In this document: one piece after another, positions 40,482 through 50,356 of the stretch
Layout: each line of letters begins with the position of its first letter
Position numbering within the stretch: the stretch's first letter is position 1
Origin: Flavobacteriales bacterium
GTDB taxonomy: Bacteria > Bacteroidota > Bacteroidia > Flavobacteriales_C > GCA-002722245
Length of the DNA stretch: 64,000 nt
Direction: 5' to 3'
Assembly: GCA_002717515.1 (NCBI GenBank)
Contig: PBEC01000011.1
Coordinates: 41,902 to 105,901 of the forward strand
The notes under the pieces: model-generated
Database searches by the model: none
Told to the model about the DNA's origin: nothing
What the model saw: the letters and a program-made list of their open reading frames with translations, nothing else
Made by a program: the position numbers and the translations under genes

Positions 40482-40856
40482 TTAAGCCATTCCAGAAGTC
40501 ATTGAACTAAAAGCATCCTCAAAATGGATAATATTGCTTTTTTCATTTTCTATAATTATCGAAATAATATCAAATCTGGCTGAAACTTCCAATTCAAGGT
40601 TTTCAAGATATACCGCAGCGATTCGAATAAGATCTTTTTCTTTTTTAAAAACAACGGCTTCTTCAGGTTCTCCATACTCAGAGGAGGAACGTGTTTTAAC
40701 CTCAACAAAAACGAGCTCTTCTTTATCCTCAGCTATAATATCAACTTCTAAATTACTCATCCTCCAATTTGTATGATGAATTAAATAACCTCTGTTCTTT
40801 AAGTATTTAACTGCTATTTTTTCTCCTTCTTTGCCCAGCTGATTGTGTAATGCCAT
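40482..40856 (-). CDS. yraN: YraN family nuclease
   Basis: LGKEGE, NWR, EVDIIA, LVFVEVKTRS, RFDII. Confidence 0.92.
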   Translation of the reverse strand: MALHNQLGKEGEKIAVKYLKNRGYLIHHTNWRMSNLEVDIIAEDKEELVFVEVKTRSSSEYGEPEEAVVFKKEKDLIRIAAVYLENLELEVSARFDIISIIIENEKSNIIHFEDAFSSMTSGMA

Positions 40857-40857
40857 A

Positions 40858-41973
40858 TTAAATTTTCATTTGATAATTATCCCCCGGAAGAGCTTTTATG
40901 ATTCCATTTAATTCAAGATTAAAAAGTAAATAAGAAACCTTTTGAACACTGGTGTTCAGATGAAAAGCTACTTGATTCTTATTGGCAATTCCTTTAGATT
41001 GAATGGCCTGAATTATAAGTAATTCTTCATCTGTAAACTGATTAAACAAATTATTTTCTTTCTTTTTATTTTTTGGTTCTATTGTAATCCAATTCATCGC
41101 TTTTAAAACATCCTCTCCCGATTCAATTAACGCCGCCCTATTCGATTTAATCAAAGCGTTACAACCTCTGGAATAAGGATCTATAATTCTCCCGGGTGCA
41201 GCAAAAACATCTCGACCATATGAATTGGCTATATTGGCTGTTATTAAAGCTCCGCCTTTTGATGTCGCTTCGACCACAACCGTTGCATCAGACATCCCTG
41301 CAACTATCCGATTTCGTTTTGGGAAATTTTCTCTCTCAGGATTTGTTCCACTCATGAATTCCGAAATTAGCCCACCATTAGTCAACATCTTTTTGGCCAT
41401 TGCTCTATTTTTTTGTGGATATATTTTATCCAATCCATGCGCAAGAACTCCAACAGTTGGAATATTGTATTCCAGAGAAAATTTATGCGCATATGAATCA
41501 ATACCATAGGCCAAACCGCTAACAACAAGTATGTCTTGATTTTCAAATTCCTCAATAATTTTTCGAGTCAGTTCCTCTCCGTACCCTGTTGCTTTTCGTG
41601 TTCCAACAATAGATACAATTTTCGTAAAGTTCAAATAAGGTGTTCCCCTGTAGTAAACCAGAAAAGGACTATCGTTACACTCCTTTAATTTAATTGGATA
41701 TTTTTCGTGGTCGTATCCCCAAATTGAAATGCCGTATTTTTCCGCAAACTTAATTTCAGCCCTGGCCCTTTCCATTGCTTTTGCCTTTAGGGTTTTATTA
41801 CAAAGTATCGACAATAGAACGTCTCCAATCCCTGGTATTTTTGACAATTCCTTCTTCGACGCTTTTAAAACCAATTCAGCGCTTTTAAAGTATTCCGTAA
41901 GTAGTTTCGCATACAGGTTCCCTATACCTGGAAGATTAATTAACGCTATTCGATATGCTGTTTCGGAAATCAT
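40858..41973 (-). CDS. dprA: DNA-processing protein DprA
   Basis: SIVGTRKATGYG, VSGLAYGID, FPKRNRIVAG, GGALITA, C-terminal winged helix; ATG at 41973. Confidence 0.95.
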   Translation of the reverse strand: MISETAYRIALINLPGIGNLYAKLLTEYFKSAELVLKASKKELSKIPGIGDVLLSILCNKTLKAKAMERARAEIKFAEKYGISIWGYDHEKYPIKLKECNDSPFLVYYRGTPYLNFTKIVSIVGTRKATGYGEELTRKIIEEFENQDILVVSGLAYGIDSYAHKFSLEYNIPTVGVLAHGLDKIYPQKNRAMAKKMLTNGGLISEFMSGTNPERENFPKRNRIVAGMSDATVVVEATSKGGALITANIANSYGRDVFAAPGRIIDPYSRGCNALIKSNRAALIESGEDVLKAMNWITIEPKNKKKENNLFNQFTDEELLIIQAIQSKGIANKNQVAFHLNTSVQKVSYLLFNLELNGIIKALPGDNYQMKI

Positions 41974-42091
41974 AATCAGCAACTAATCTGCTGATTTCTT
42001 ATAAGGTTTATCTCTTTATTAATAAAGAATCAGATTTGTTTTTAAAAAGATTTGTTTTCTTGGTTATAATTTTGCTCAAACGAATAAAAAA

Positions 42092-43141
42092 TTATTCCTC
42101 ATCGTCCTTAAATGAATTCCAACCCTGAGCCTCTAAAGCATGATTTGAACCATCCTTAGCGGTTAACGTTTGTCCTTCTGACTCATTGAGAAAATGACCT
42201 ACAACTGTAAACATGGGGTGATTTTTGATTTTTTCATAATCAGACAAATCTATCGCAAAGACCAACTCATAATCTTCACCGCCATTCAATGCACACATAG
42301 TTGGATCCAAATGATTGTCTCTGGCTCGATCAAAAGTTTGTTGATCAATGGGAAGTTTATCCTCATAGATAGAAACACCTACTTTGGATGATTTACATAT
42401 GTGCATAACCTCAGAAGAAAGGCCATCAGAGATATCCATCATTGCATTTGGTTTTATTCCCAATGATTCAAATTCTCTCACTACATCCAATCGTGCTTCT
42501 GGTTTTAACTGGCGCTCTAAAATATAATCACAATCCGACAAATCGGGTTGAACACTTGGGCTTTCTTTATAAATCTGTTTTTCTCTCTCTAAAATTTGAA
42601 GTCCCATGTAAGCACCTCCTAAATCTCCAGAAACAACAAGCAAATTAGACTCTTTAGCACCGCTTCTGTATACGATTTTCCCTTCCTTCCCTTCTCCAAT
42701 AGCTGTAACACTAATTGTTAAACCCGATACCGATGAAGTTGTGTCTCCGCCTATTAAATCGACATTATAAAGTTCACACGCCAGAAAAATCCCCTCATAT
42801 ATTTCTTCAACAGCTTGTAGCGAAAATCTGTTGGATAATGAGATGGAAACGGTTATTTGTCTGGGAACAGCATTCATGGCAATAATGTCTGAAATGTTCA
42901 CCATTACTGCTTTATAACCCAAATGCTTTAAAGGAACATAGCTTAAATCAAAATGTATGCCCTCAATCAATAAATCGGTTGAAATCAAGGTTTTTGAATC
43001 GTCATCGTATTTAATAACGGCAGCATCGTCTCCAATGCCTTTCAAAGTTGAGGCATTTCTCAGCTGGACTTTGTTTTTGATTAATTCAATTAATCCAAAC
43101 TCCCCTAAATCCTTTAATTCTGTTCTATTTTGTCCCTCCAT
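42092..43141 (-). CDS. thiL: Thiamine-monophosphate kinase
   Basis: GEFGLI, GIGDDAA, NISDIIAMN, GGDTT, DISDGL, GGEDYEL; ATG 43141 (MEGQNRT) is the likely start. Confidence 0.95.
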   Translation of the reverse strand: MEGQNRTELKDLGEFGLIELIKNKVQLRNASTLKGIGDDAAVIKYDDDSKTLISTDLLIEGIHFDLSYVPLKHLGYKAVMVNISDIIAMNAVPRQITVSISLSNRFSLQAVEEIYEGIFLACELYNVDLIGGDTTSSVSGLTISVTAIGEGKEGKIVYRSGAKESNLLVVSGDLGGAYMGLQILEREKQIYKESPSVQPDLSDCDYILERQLKPEARLDVVREFESLGIKPNAMMDISDGLSSEVMHICKSSKVGVSIYEDKLPIDQQTFDRARDNHLDPTMCALNGGEDYELVFAIDLSDYEKIKNHPMFTVVGHFLNESEGQTLTAKDGSNHALEAQGWNSFKDDEE

Positions 43142-43526
43142 TTTCTTTTTCCATTGAAGCCCCAGCTTTACTCGCCTCTCTGAATGTTTGAATTTCCTTC
43201 TCAAACAAAGCATAAATCGGACAGCTTTTTATTAATTCTTTTTGCAACGCAAAGTACAAACTTCCCTGAATACCCATTTTTTCAGAGTCCTCCTCTCTCC
43301 TCTGCTCTGAGGCAAACGTCTTTTGAATGGCTGATTGATTTTTACTGATGGCTTCGTTTAAACACTGCATTTTAATTGCGTTAGCATTTGATTTTATCTG
43401 TGCCGTATCTAATTTACTTAAACAAACACATGCCGTATCTGCAACCTGCTCCTCAATCGTCATTTGACCTTTACTAAAACCAATTATTCCAAAAACAAAA
43501 AATAGAAATGCAGCTGATTTTTTCAT
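43125..43526 (-). CDS. Hypothetical secreted protein with four Cys
   Basis: Signal peptide, ACVC..C..C pattern; 3' end overlaps the thiL start. Confidence 0.65.
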   Translation of the reverse strand: MKKSAAFLFFVFGIIGFSKGQMTIEEQVADTACVCLSKLDTAQIKSNANAIKMQCLNEAISKNQSAIQKTFASEQRREEDSEKMGIQGSLYFALQKELIKSCPIYALFEKEIQTFREASKAGASMEKENGGTK

Positions 43527-43630
43527 TTTAAAACATTTAAAGTATTTATATTTTAATTTTACTTAAAATTCTCCTTAAGGTTAAGGTATGAATTTTTTAT
43601 TAGTTCTAAACAAGAGAATAAACTAAGAGA

Positions 43631-44254
43631 GTGAAAAACATTAAAAACATTATTCTTGATTTAGGTGGGGTTTTAATTAATCTAGATTATAATAAGGTTA
43701 ATACGAAACTTTCTGAATTGGGGCTTTCAAATTCTTTTTCAAAAGCCAAGCAAATTGATTTAATAGATAAGTTAGAAGAGGGCAAGATTTCTGAAAGAGG
43801 TTTTATCGATGAGTTTAACAGAATCGCGAAAACAAACCACACCAAAGATATAATTATTGATGCCTGGAATTCTATTTTATTAGATTTCCCTTATGAAAGA
43901 TTGGAATTACTTGAACTTCTCGGAAAAAAATATCGATTGTTTTTATTCAGTAATACAAATTCCATTCACATAAAAAAAGTTTACAAAATACTTGATGAAT
44001 CCTACAATATTAAAAATTTGGACTCTTATTTTGAGAGGATCTATTTATCGAATGAGTTGGGAATAAGAAAACCAAAACCAGAGGGGTTTGAATACATTTT
44101 AAAAGAAAATAATTTATCTCCTTACAACACCCTATTTATCGACGACAGCCCTCAACATATTACCGGAGCTAAAAAAACAGGAATTCAATGCGAATGGTTA
44201 AATTTAGAAAAGGAAAATCTTCACGAATCATTAACTCGATTATCTCTAATTTAG
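43631..44254 (+). CDS. HAD-family phosphatase (YihX-like)
   Basis: DLGGVL motif I, SNTN, RKPKP, FIDDS. Confidence 0.9.
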   Translation: MKNIKNIILDLGGVLINLDYNKVNTKLSELGLSNSFSKAKQIDLIDKLEEGKISERGFIDEFNRIAKTNHTKDIIIDAWNSILLDFPYERLELLELLGKKYRLFLFSNTNSIHIKKVYKILDESYNIKNLDSYFERIYLSNELGIRKPKPEGFEYILKENNLSPYNTLFIDDSPQHITGAKKTGIQCEWLNLEKENLHESLTRLSLI

Positions 44255-44258
44255 AACC

Positions 44259-44915
44259 ATGAATTCGATAGTAATTGTAGCCGGGGGTAAAGGAAAAAGG
44301 ATGGGCAGTAATGTTCCCAAGCAATTTTTAGTGCTAAAAAATGAGCCGGTAATTATGCACACCATTAGAAAGTTTTACAATTGGGATAATCGTTGTGAAA
44401 TTGTTTTGGTTCTACCTTTCAGTCAAAAAACCTATTGGGAAAACCTGGTAAAAGAATACAATTTTAATATTCCGGTTTTGGTAACTTCGGGTGGTAACAC
44501 TCGTTTCCATTCTGTAAAAAATGGGCTTTCTAAAACATCAGGAGATGTTATTGGAATTCATGATGGGGTAAGACCTTTGGTTAGTGAGGAAACCATTAAA
44601 AACTGTTTTGATGTTGCAAAAAAAGAAGGAAACGCTACCCCTTGCCTACCAATAAACGACTCTTTACGTATAGTTGAAAATAACGCCAATAGAACAGTAG
44701 ATCGATCAAAATTCTACAAAATTCAAACCCCTCAAGTTTTTCAAAGATCAGTCCTTTTGAAAGCGTTTGAACAAGAATTCGCTGAGGAATTTACGGATGA
44801 TGCTTCGGTGGTTGAAAAAACCGGAGAAGTGATTCAATTGATAAAAGGGAATGAAGAAAACATTAAAATTACAAGACCATTCGACTTAAAAATTGCTGAA
44901 GTTTTTTTGAAATAA
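44259..44915 (+). CDS. ispD: 2-C-methyl-D-erythritol 4-phosphate cytidylyltransferase
   Basis: AGGKGKRMG, PKQFL, HDGVRP, QTPQVF, TDDASVVE, NIKIT. Confidence 0.92.
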   Translation: MNSIVIVAGGKGKRMGSNVPKQFLVLKNEPVIMHTIRKFYNWDNRCEIVLVLPFSQKTYWENLVKEYNFNIPVLVTSGGNTRFHSVKNGLSKTSGDVIGIHDGVRPLVSEETIKNCFDVAKKEGNATPCLPINDSLRIVENNANRTVDRSKFYKIQTPQVFQRSVLLKAFEQEFAEEFTDDASVVEKTGEVIQLIKGNEENIKITRPFDLKIAEVFLK

Positions 44916-45147
44916 AAACACCACTTATCTTTCCATCAAATATTTAACCTCTAAGGTTTTTTACATCTCTCTTTCGGTAAAAATCTCAACCAAAAAGACT
45001 TCCAGTTTAAAGTCAAAAAATATACTTTGAGTAAATAGAACAATAAGAGATGCTATTTGTTTGAATTGTCTAAGAGAGGTTAATTTAAACCAAAATTCAC
45101 GTAAAAATAATCAGTAATTTTCTTTTACCACCAATTGAAATTTAGAT

Positions 45148-45155
45148 TATATTTG
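45148..45155 (+). promoter_or_regulatory. -7 element TATATTTG for the M48 peptidase operon
   Basis: TAnnTTTG 21 nt before ATG 45177. Confidence 0.6.
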
Positions 45156-45176
45156 CAAAATTAAAATTCTTACCGG

Positions 45177-47276
45177 ATGAGAAGTATTGCATTCATAATT
45201 GTTTTTTGTACTGTAATTTCAAATATAACCTCTCAGGTAAACTTTGATAATTATGAGCCCATTCAATGTGAGGGAGTTATTCCCGATGACTTTTTAGAGT
45301 CTTTTAAATTAGACGCTCTTGAAAATATAACGCGCTTAGAAAACGAAAATAAAGCTGTTTTCAAAGCCAGGCGAAAATTTATTCTTTCCAATTATGATAT
45401 AATGGGAGAGACTTTAAAAGGAGGAGCAATACTTTTTGGTGATCCAGTATCAGAATATCTCAGTCGTTTACTGGATAAAATTTTAATTGATAAACCCGAC
45501 TTAAGAAAAAAACTAAGGATTTATGCGATTAGAAGTGGATATACCAATGCTTACTGTACTCAACAAGGCATTATTCTTGTTACAATGGGAATCCTTTCTA
45601 AGGTTAAATCGGAAGCGGAATTAGCTTTTATTTTAATGCACGAAATATCTCATTTTACCGAGAACCATTTAATAGAAAGAGTTGTAGAAACAGTAAAAAC
45701 GAGAAAAACAGGTGGGTATAAATTTGCATATTATTCAGACATTATTGAAGAACTTCTCCAAAGAAGCCAAGATAACGAACTGGAATGCGACTCGATTGCA
45801 GCTGAATATTTAAACAGAAGCGAATACAGTGATCAGGTTGTCGATAATGTCATGGACATCTTACTGAGAACACATCTTCCATTTGAGGAAAGTAGGTTTG
45901 ATATTTCGATGTTCAATGATAATACTTTCAAAATCCCTAGTTTTTTTGAAAAAAAATCATTGGATGAAATCAATCTAAACGAAAAAAAGTTTGATGTTTA
46001 CTCTACTCATCCAAATGTTAGAACAAGAAAAAAAGCGATTAAAAGAATTATCGCTGGTAAAGAAAATAACAACTCTAAAAAGTTTCTCGTATCGCAAAGT
46101 AAATTTAATGAGATTCATGAAATTGCAAAGTTCGAAACAATAAACGCACATCTTTATCACAAAGAATATGGTGAAGCGATATATTGTGCTTCCGCTCTTC
46201 AAAAAAAATATCCCCAAAGTGAATTTCTGAAAAATGCAATTGCATTTAGTCTTTATGGTTTATCAAAATACGCCACTCAAAACGACCTCCACAAGGCAGC
46301 CAAATCGGTTCGAACAGTTCAAGGAGAGTCTCAACAAGTTCATCACCTATTCAGACAGCTCTCAAAAGCTCAAATCAACGCATTAGCCATTCACTATATT
46401 AATGCTCTTCGTAAAACCGACGCAACCAATAAGGTTCTTACCGAAATGGTAAAAAATCTCATTTTGGACATGCCTTATCTCGGTACTACAATTGAGGATA
46501 TAACAAATTCATCAGAAATAGTTCAAGAAAAAGACATTGAAGAATTTAATCTGATCTCAGACAAAAGAGAAAGGATAAAAGCGAAAAGAGCTCTTCAGAA
46601 AAAATACAAACTATTCTATCTATACGGTTTAAAAAACGATTTTAAAAATGCAGATCTCATAGAATTTTACAACGAAGCGATAGATGAATACAATTATGCG
46701 CAAAAAGTGGACAATATGTCGGGGATTGAAAGATACCGTTTTGAAAAGAAAAAATACTTGAAGGCAAACAAAGAAGGTCTAAACTTAAACGGGAAAACCG
46801 TTTACTTTTTGGAACCCAGTATAAACTTTGAGCCGATGAGGTATGAATCCTCAAAGAAATACATTTCCAACATAGAAAAGAAAAAAGAATTTTTGAATTT
46901 ATATAATGATTATGTGAAAAATCAACTAAATAACCTTGAAACTAAAATGCTTACAACTAATAATCTTTCAAAAAGCGATGTTGATCAATTTAACAGCATC
47001 AGCAATTTGTTGAGATGGCAAAGTGAAAAAACCTATCACAACACTGACGATATCATACCATTAAGTACTTTCAATGTCAGCAAAATCAATGAAGATATTG
47101 ATTATGTATGCGGAATAAGATTTTCAAACTTTAATACCTACAGCATATATGTCTTTTATATCGCAGACATTAAAACAGGAGAAACGAAATATCAATATAG
47201 TTTTTATGGAAATGGAATGTCCGTAAAAAAATTATGGCTTACTGTTTCTAAGAATTTAAATGCTTTATCAAAATAA
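45177..47276 (+). CDS. M48 family zinc metallopeptidase with long C-terminal extension
   Basis: NAYC, EAELAFILMHEISH (HExxH), SQDNELECD, STHP; signal peptide. Confidence 0.85.
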   Translation: MRSIAFIIVFCTVISNITSQVNFDNYEPIQCEGVIPDDFLESFKLDALENITRLENENKAVFKARRKFILSNYDIMGETLKGGAILFGDPVSEYLSRLLDKILIDKPDLRKKLRIYAIRSGYTNAYCTQQGIILVTMGILSKVKSEAELAFILMHEISHFTENHLIERVVETVKTRKTGGYKFAYYSDIIEELLQRSQDNELECDSIAAEYLNRSEYSDQVVDNVMDILLRTHLPFEESRFDISMFNDNTFKIPSFFEKKSLDEINLNEKKFDVYSTHPNVRTRKKAIKRIIAGKENNNSKKFLVSQSKFNEIHEIAKFETINAHLYHKEYGEAIYCASALQKKYPQSEFLKNAIAFSLYGLSKYATQNDLHKAAKSVRTVQGESQQVHHLFRQLSKAQINALAIHYINALRKTDATNKVLTEMVKNLILDMPYLGTTIEDITNSSEIVQEKDIEEFNLISDKRERIKAKRALQKKYKLFYLYGLKNDFKNADLIEFYNEAIDEYNYAQKVDNMSGIERYRFEKKKYLKANKEGLNLNGKTVYFLEPSINFEPMRYESSKKYISNIEKKKEFLNLYNDYVKNQLNNLETKMLTTNNLSKSDVDQFNSISNLLRWQSEKTYHNTDDIIPLSTFNVSKINEDIDYVCGIRFSNFNTYSIYVFYIADIKTGETKYQYSFYGNGMSVKKLWLTVSKNLNALSK

Positions 47277-47306
47277 ACCAATCTATTAATTACTAAAATC
47301 AATAAA

Positions 47307-48929
47307 ATGAAAATTTCCAATCGAATACTAAATCTTATTTTAGTTCTATTACTTTCCGGAACAGCTTTTGCCCAGGAAATTAAATGGGGTGATCTACAAA
47401 AGTCTAAATGGGGTAGTTTTACTCCTCGTATAATTTCTGACGATTCAGAAGATTTATATGGATATTTCTTTCAAAGTGGTAAACTTCACCTAACTTCTTA
47501 TTCCCGCTCCAATTATAAAGCAAATTATGATAAACTTATTCCTAAATTAGAAGTAGATGGAATACAGGTCTACATGGAGAGAATCAGTGTTCTAAAAGAT
47601 AAATTTATCATAATAGGGTCTTACTTCAAAAAAGAAAAAAAATCAAAAAAATTACTGTCAAAAAAATCTTTTACAAGTCATATTGTCGCTTTTGAAGTTG
47701 ATAAAAAAACAGGGGTGTTAAATCCAAAACATATAGACCTTTTCAATGTTGAAGTTGAAAAAAAATCCAGAAGAGGAGACTTTGATGTTTACGTATCAGA
47801 TAACAATGAAAAAGTTTTAATAAATCATACCTCTTACTACAAAAAGAAACGTAGAACCATTGCCACGTTTAAATTGTTTAACAATAATCTAGAAATTGAG
47901 GAGGAGTTTACCGAAGATTTCAAAAAAAGAGATGAACCCAACGCAATTGACAGAATTAACAATCTAGTTATTGATAATGAAGGATCTATTTACTATTTGG
48001 TTGGATTATCAAAATTTGTCTCTCTTGATGCAAACAAAGGTTATGAAAAATGGGAGGAAAAAATAGATATTGAAAAAGCCAAACCAGGATCACAAATAAC
48101 AAGATTAAGGTATACGTTTGATAAGGATGACAACATTAATATTTTCGGGTTTTACAGAGAACAAAAAGCTGGCTTAAAAGGAGTTTATACATTAAAACTA
48201 GATTATTTAACAAAAGAAATCGTTCATTCAGAAATATCGGAGTTTGATGACGCTTTTTTGAACAACCTAAAGAGTAGCAGGCAAAAGAAAAAAGAGGCTA
48301 AAGGAAAAGTTGTAAATGTCAGTGATTTTTTCAACACCATCGATATGATTCCTCAGGAAGATGGAAGCATGGCTATTTCTGCTGAAACTCAAACTCACTA
48401 CATAAACAGTGGTGATAATGGTTATGCTGAGACGGCTTTATACGGTTCAATTGTAACTATGGAGGTAAATCCAAACGGGAAACTTTCATGGGCTAAATAC
48501 ATCCCTAAAAAGCAATTATTTTGGCAGGTTGGTATTAACTTCAATGGTTTTGTTTTATACACCGGGACTTTCTTTGGTGGTTTAAGATTAATGTTGCCGG
48601 CAAACAGCTCTAAATACATTAAATACTTTGGTTCAGTTGCCGGAGTTCAAAACGATAAATTAATCGTAATTTATAATGATCATAAAGCGAATACAGCGAA
48701 TACTTCAAAAAAAGACAGAAAGACAATGAAAAGCGTTAAATCTGCTCGTCCGGTAGCCAGAGTTTACGACCTTAAAACAGGTGATATGACACAGAAAGAT
48801 GTTAAGAAGGGGAAACAATCAGACGCCCCGTTCAATCCAACTGTATCATACAGAACTAATGATGGTTCAATCATTGTATTCGGTCAAAAAGGAAAACGTT
48901 TTAAGTTTGGCGAATTAAGCTTAAACTAA
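47307..48929 (+). CDS. Hypothetical secreted beta-rich protein
   Basis: Signal peptide (AFA-Q), beta-strand-rich, co-oriented 30 nt after the M48 gene. Confidence 0.7.
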   Translation: MKISNRILNLILVLLLSGTAFAQEIKWGDLQKSKWGSFTPRIISDDSEDLYGYFFQSGKLHLTSYSRSNYKANYDKLIPKLEVDGIQVYMERISVLKDKFIIIGSYFKKEKKSKKLLSKKSFTSHIVAFEVDKKTGVLNPKHIDLFNVEVEKKSRRGDFDVYVSDNNEKVLINHTSYYKKKRRTIATFKLFNNNLEIEEEFTEDFKKRDEPNAIDRINNLVIDNEGSIYYLVGLSKFVSLDANKGYEKWEEKIDIEKAKPGSQITRLRYTFDKDDNINIFGFYREQKAGLKGVYTLKLDYLTKEIVHSEISEFDDAFLNNLKSSRQKKKEAKGKVVNVSDFFNTIDMIPQEDGSMAISAETQTHYINSGDNGYAETALYGSIVTMEVNPNGKLSWAKYIPKKQLFWQVGINFNGFVLYTGTFFGGLRLMLPANSSKYIKYFGSVAGVQNDKLIVIYNDHKANTANTSKKDRKTMKSVKSARPVARVYDLKTGDMTQKDVKKGKQSDAPFNPTVSYRTNDGSIIVFGQKGKRFKFGELSLN

Positions 48930-48952
48930 TAAACCTCATTATTAATTATTCA

Positions 48953-48987
48953 AAAAAAGACCTAGGGAGTTTCCCTAGGTCTTTTTT
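48953..48987. terminator. Bidirectional intrinsic terminator
   Basis: AAAAAAGACCTAGGGA-GTT-TCCCTAGGTCTTTTTT between convergent genes. Confidence 0.9.
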
Positions 48988-49040
48988 ATTTATTTGCACT
49001 AAAAACTTTATAACTCTTCAAAAATTCATTTTTTGATATT

Positions 49041-49075
49041 AAAAAAGCCGAATTGGGAAATTCCAATTCGGCTTT
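49041..49075 (-). terminator. Intrinsic terminator of asd
   Basis: AAAGCCGAATTGG-GAAATT-CCAATTCGGCTTT with a T-tract on the minus strand. Confidence 0.85.
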
Positions 49076-49119
49076 AGTATAATGATTCCTTTCTTTTTGA
49101 ATTCAAATAAATGGTAAAA

Positions 49120-50133
49120 TTAAACCCCTACTTTTTGTGAAATTAAATATTCAGCGATTTGAACTGCATTTAATGCTGCGCCTTTTCTTATTTGATCGGA
49201 TACACACCAAAAAGTAATTCCATTTGGATTGGCTAAATCTTCCCTGATTCTACCAACATATACATCATCTTTACCAGCCAAATCATAAGGCATTGGATAT
49301 CCTAGGTTTGGTAAATCGTCAACAACCGTAATTCCTTCAGTAGCTTCACAGGCAGCTCTAAACTGAGCTGGAGTTACGGGCTCCTCTGTTTCACACCAAA
49401 TAGCTTCTGAATGAGCCCTCATTACAGGGACTCTTACACAAGTAGCTGAAACTTCAACATCTGAAGACATAATCTTCTTTGTTTCATTGTACATCTTCAT
49501 TTCTTCTTTAGTGTATCCATTTTCCTGGAAAACATCAATATGAGGAATTACATTGAATAACAACTGGTGAGCAAATGCTTCAACTGTTAAATCTTTATCA
49601 TCAACAAATTGCTTCACCTGCTCTTCTAATTCTGCCATTCCTGAAGCACCGGCTCCTGAAGCAGACTGATACGAAGAAACATGTACTCTTTTTATATGCG
49701 ATAATCCTTCTAGTGCCTTTAAAGCAACTACCATTTGAATGGTTGTACAGTTTGGATTGGCAATAATATTTCTTGGACGATCGTTTGAAGCTTCGGCGTT
49801 TACTTCTGGGACTACCAAAGGGACATCGTTATCCATACGAAACGCACTTGAGTTGTCAATCATTATAGCTCCATGCTTAGTAATAGTATTAGCGTACTCT
49901 TTTGAAATACCTCCGCCTGCAGAAACTAATGCGATATCGATATCTTTGAAATCATCGTTGTGTTTAAGCTCCTTAACAATAAGTGTTTTTCCATTAAAGT
50001 CGTATTCCTTTCCAGCGCTTCTTGCTGATCCGAATAAAATCAATTCATCCATACCCTGTAAAGGTCTTTCCGATAAGATGCTTAGGAATTCTTGTCCTAC
50101 TGCACCACTTGCTCCTACTATTGCTACTTTCAT
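49120..50133 (-). CDS. asd: Aspartate-semialdehyde dehydrogenase
   Basis: [56 protein letters not shown]. Confidence 0.97.
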   Translation of the reverse strand: MKVAIVGASGAVGQEFLSILSERPLQGMDELILFGSARSAGKEYDFNGKTLIVKELKHNDDFKDIDIALVSAGGGISKEYANTITKHGAIMIDNSSAFRMDNDVPLVVPEVNAEASNDRPRNIIANPNCTTIQMVVALKALEGLSHIKRVHVSSYQSASGAGASGMAELEEQVKQFVDDKDLTVEAFAHQLLFNVIPHIDVFQENGYTKEEMKMYNETKKIMSSDVEVSATCVRVPVMRAHSEAIWCETEEPVTPAQFRAACEATEGITVVDDLPNLGYPMPYDLAGKDDVYVGRIREDLANPNGITFWCVSDQIRKGAALNAVQIAEYLISQKVGV

Positions 50134-50200
50134 AATTTTATTTTTTGTTTCAAAGAATGCCCAAAGGACGCTTCTGTGTGTTTGTATAAAATTTGCTGTA

Positions 50201-50208
50201 CAAAATTA
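50201..50208 (-). promoter_or_regulatory. -7 element TAATTTTG for asd
   Basis: TAnnTTTG on the minus strand 67 nt upstream of the start. Confidence 0.5.
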
Positions 50209-50356
50209 AGTTTTTTATTCCGATTTATATTGTTTTAGTCAAAATTTGGAGTTTTGATTAACATTAAAATAAACATATGTATAAAAGTTAATCTCTTAAA
50301 TCTTGTCTTAATAAATTCACGAAATAATTTCAGTTAAAAATTACAGATCCTTCTAA

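Noticed and set aside
42067..42074. Plus-strand TAATTTTG pointing antisense into thiL
   Set aside because: No properly spaced -33 element or terminator; an 8-mer of this kind is expected by chance in AT-rich DNA
43142..43213. N-terminal extension of thiL given by the ORF track
   Set aside because: Lies inside the upstream gene; ThiL similarity begins after ATG 43141
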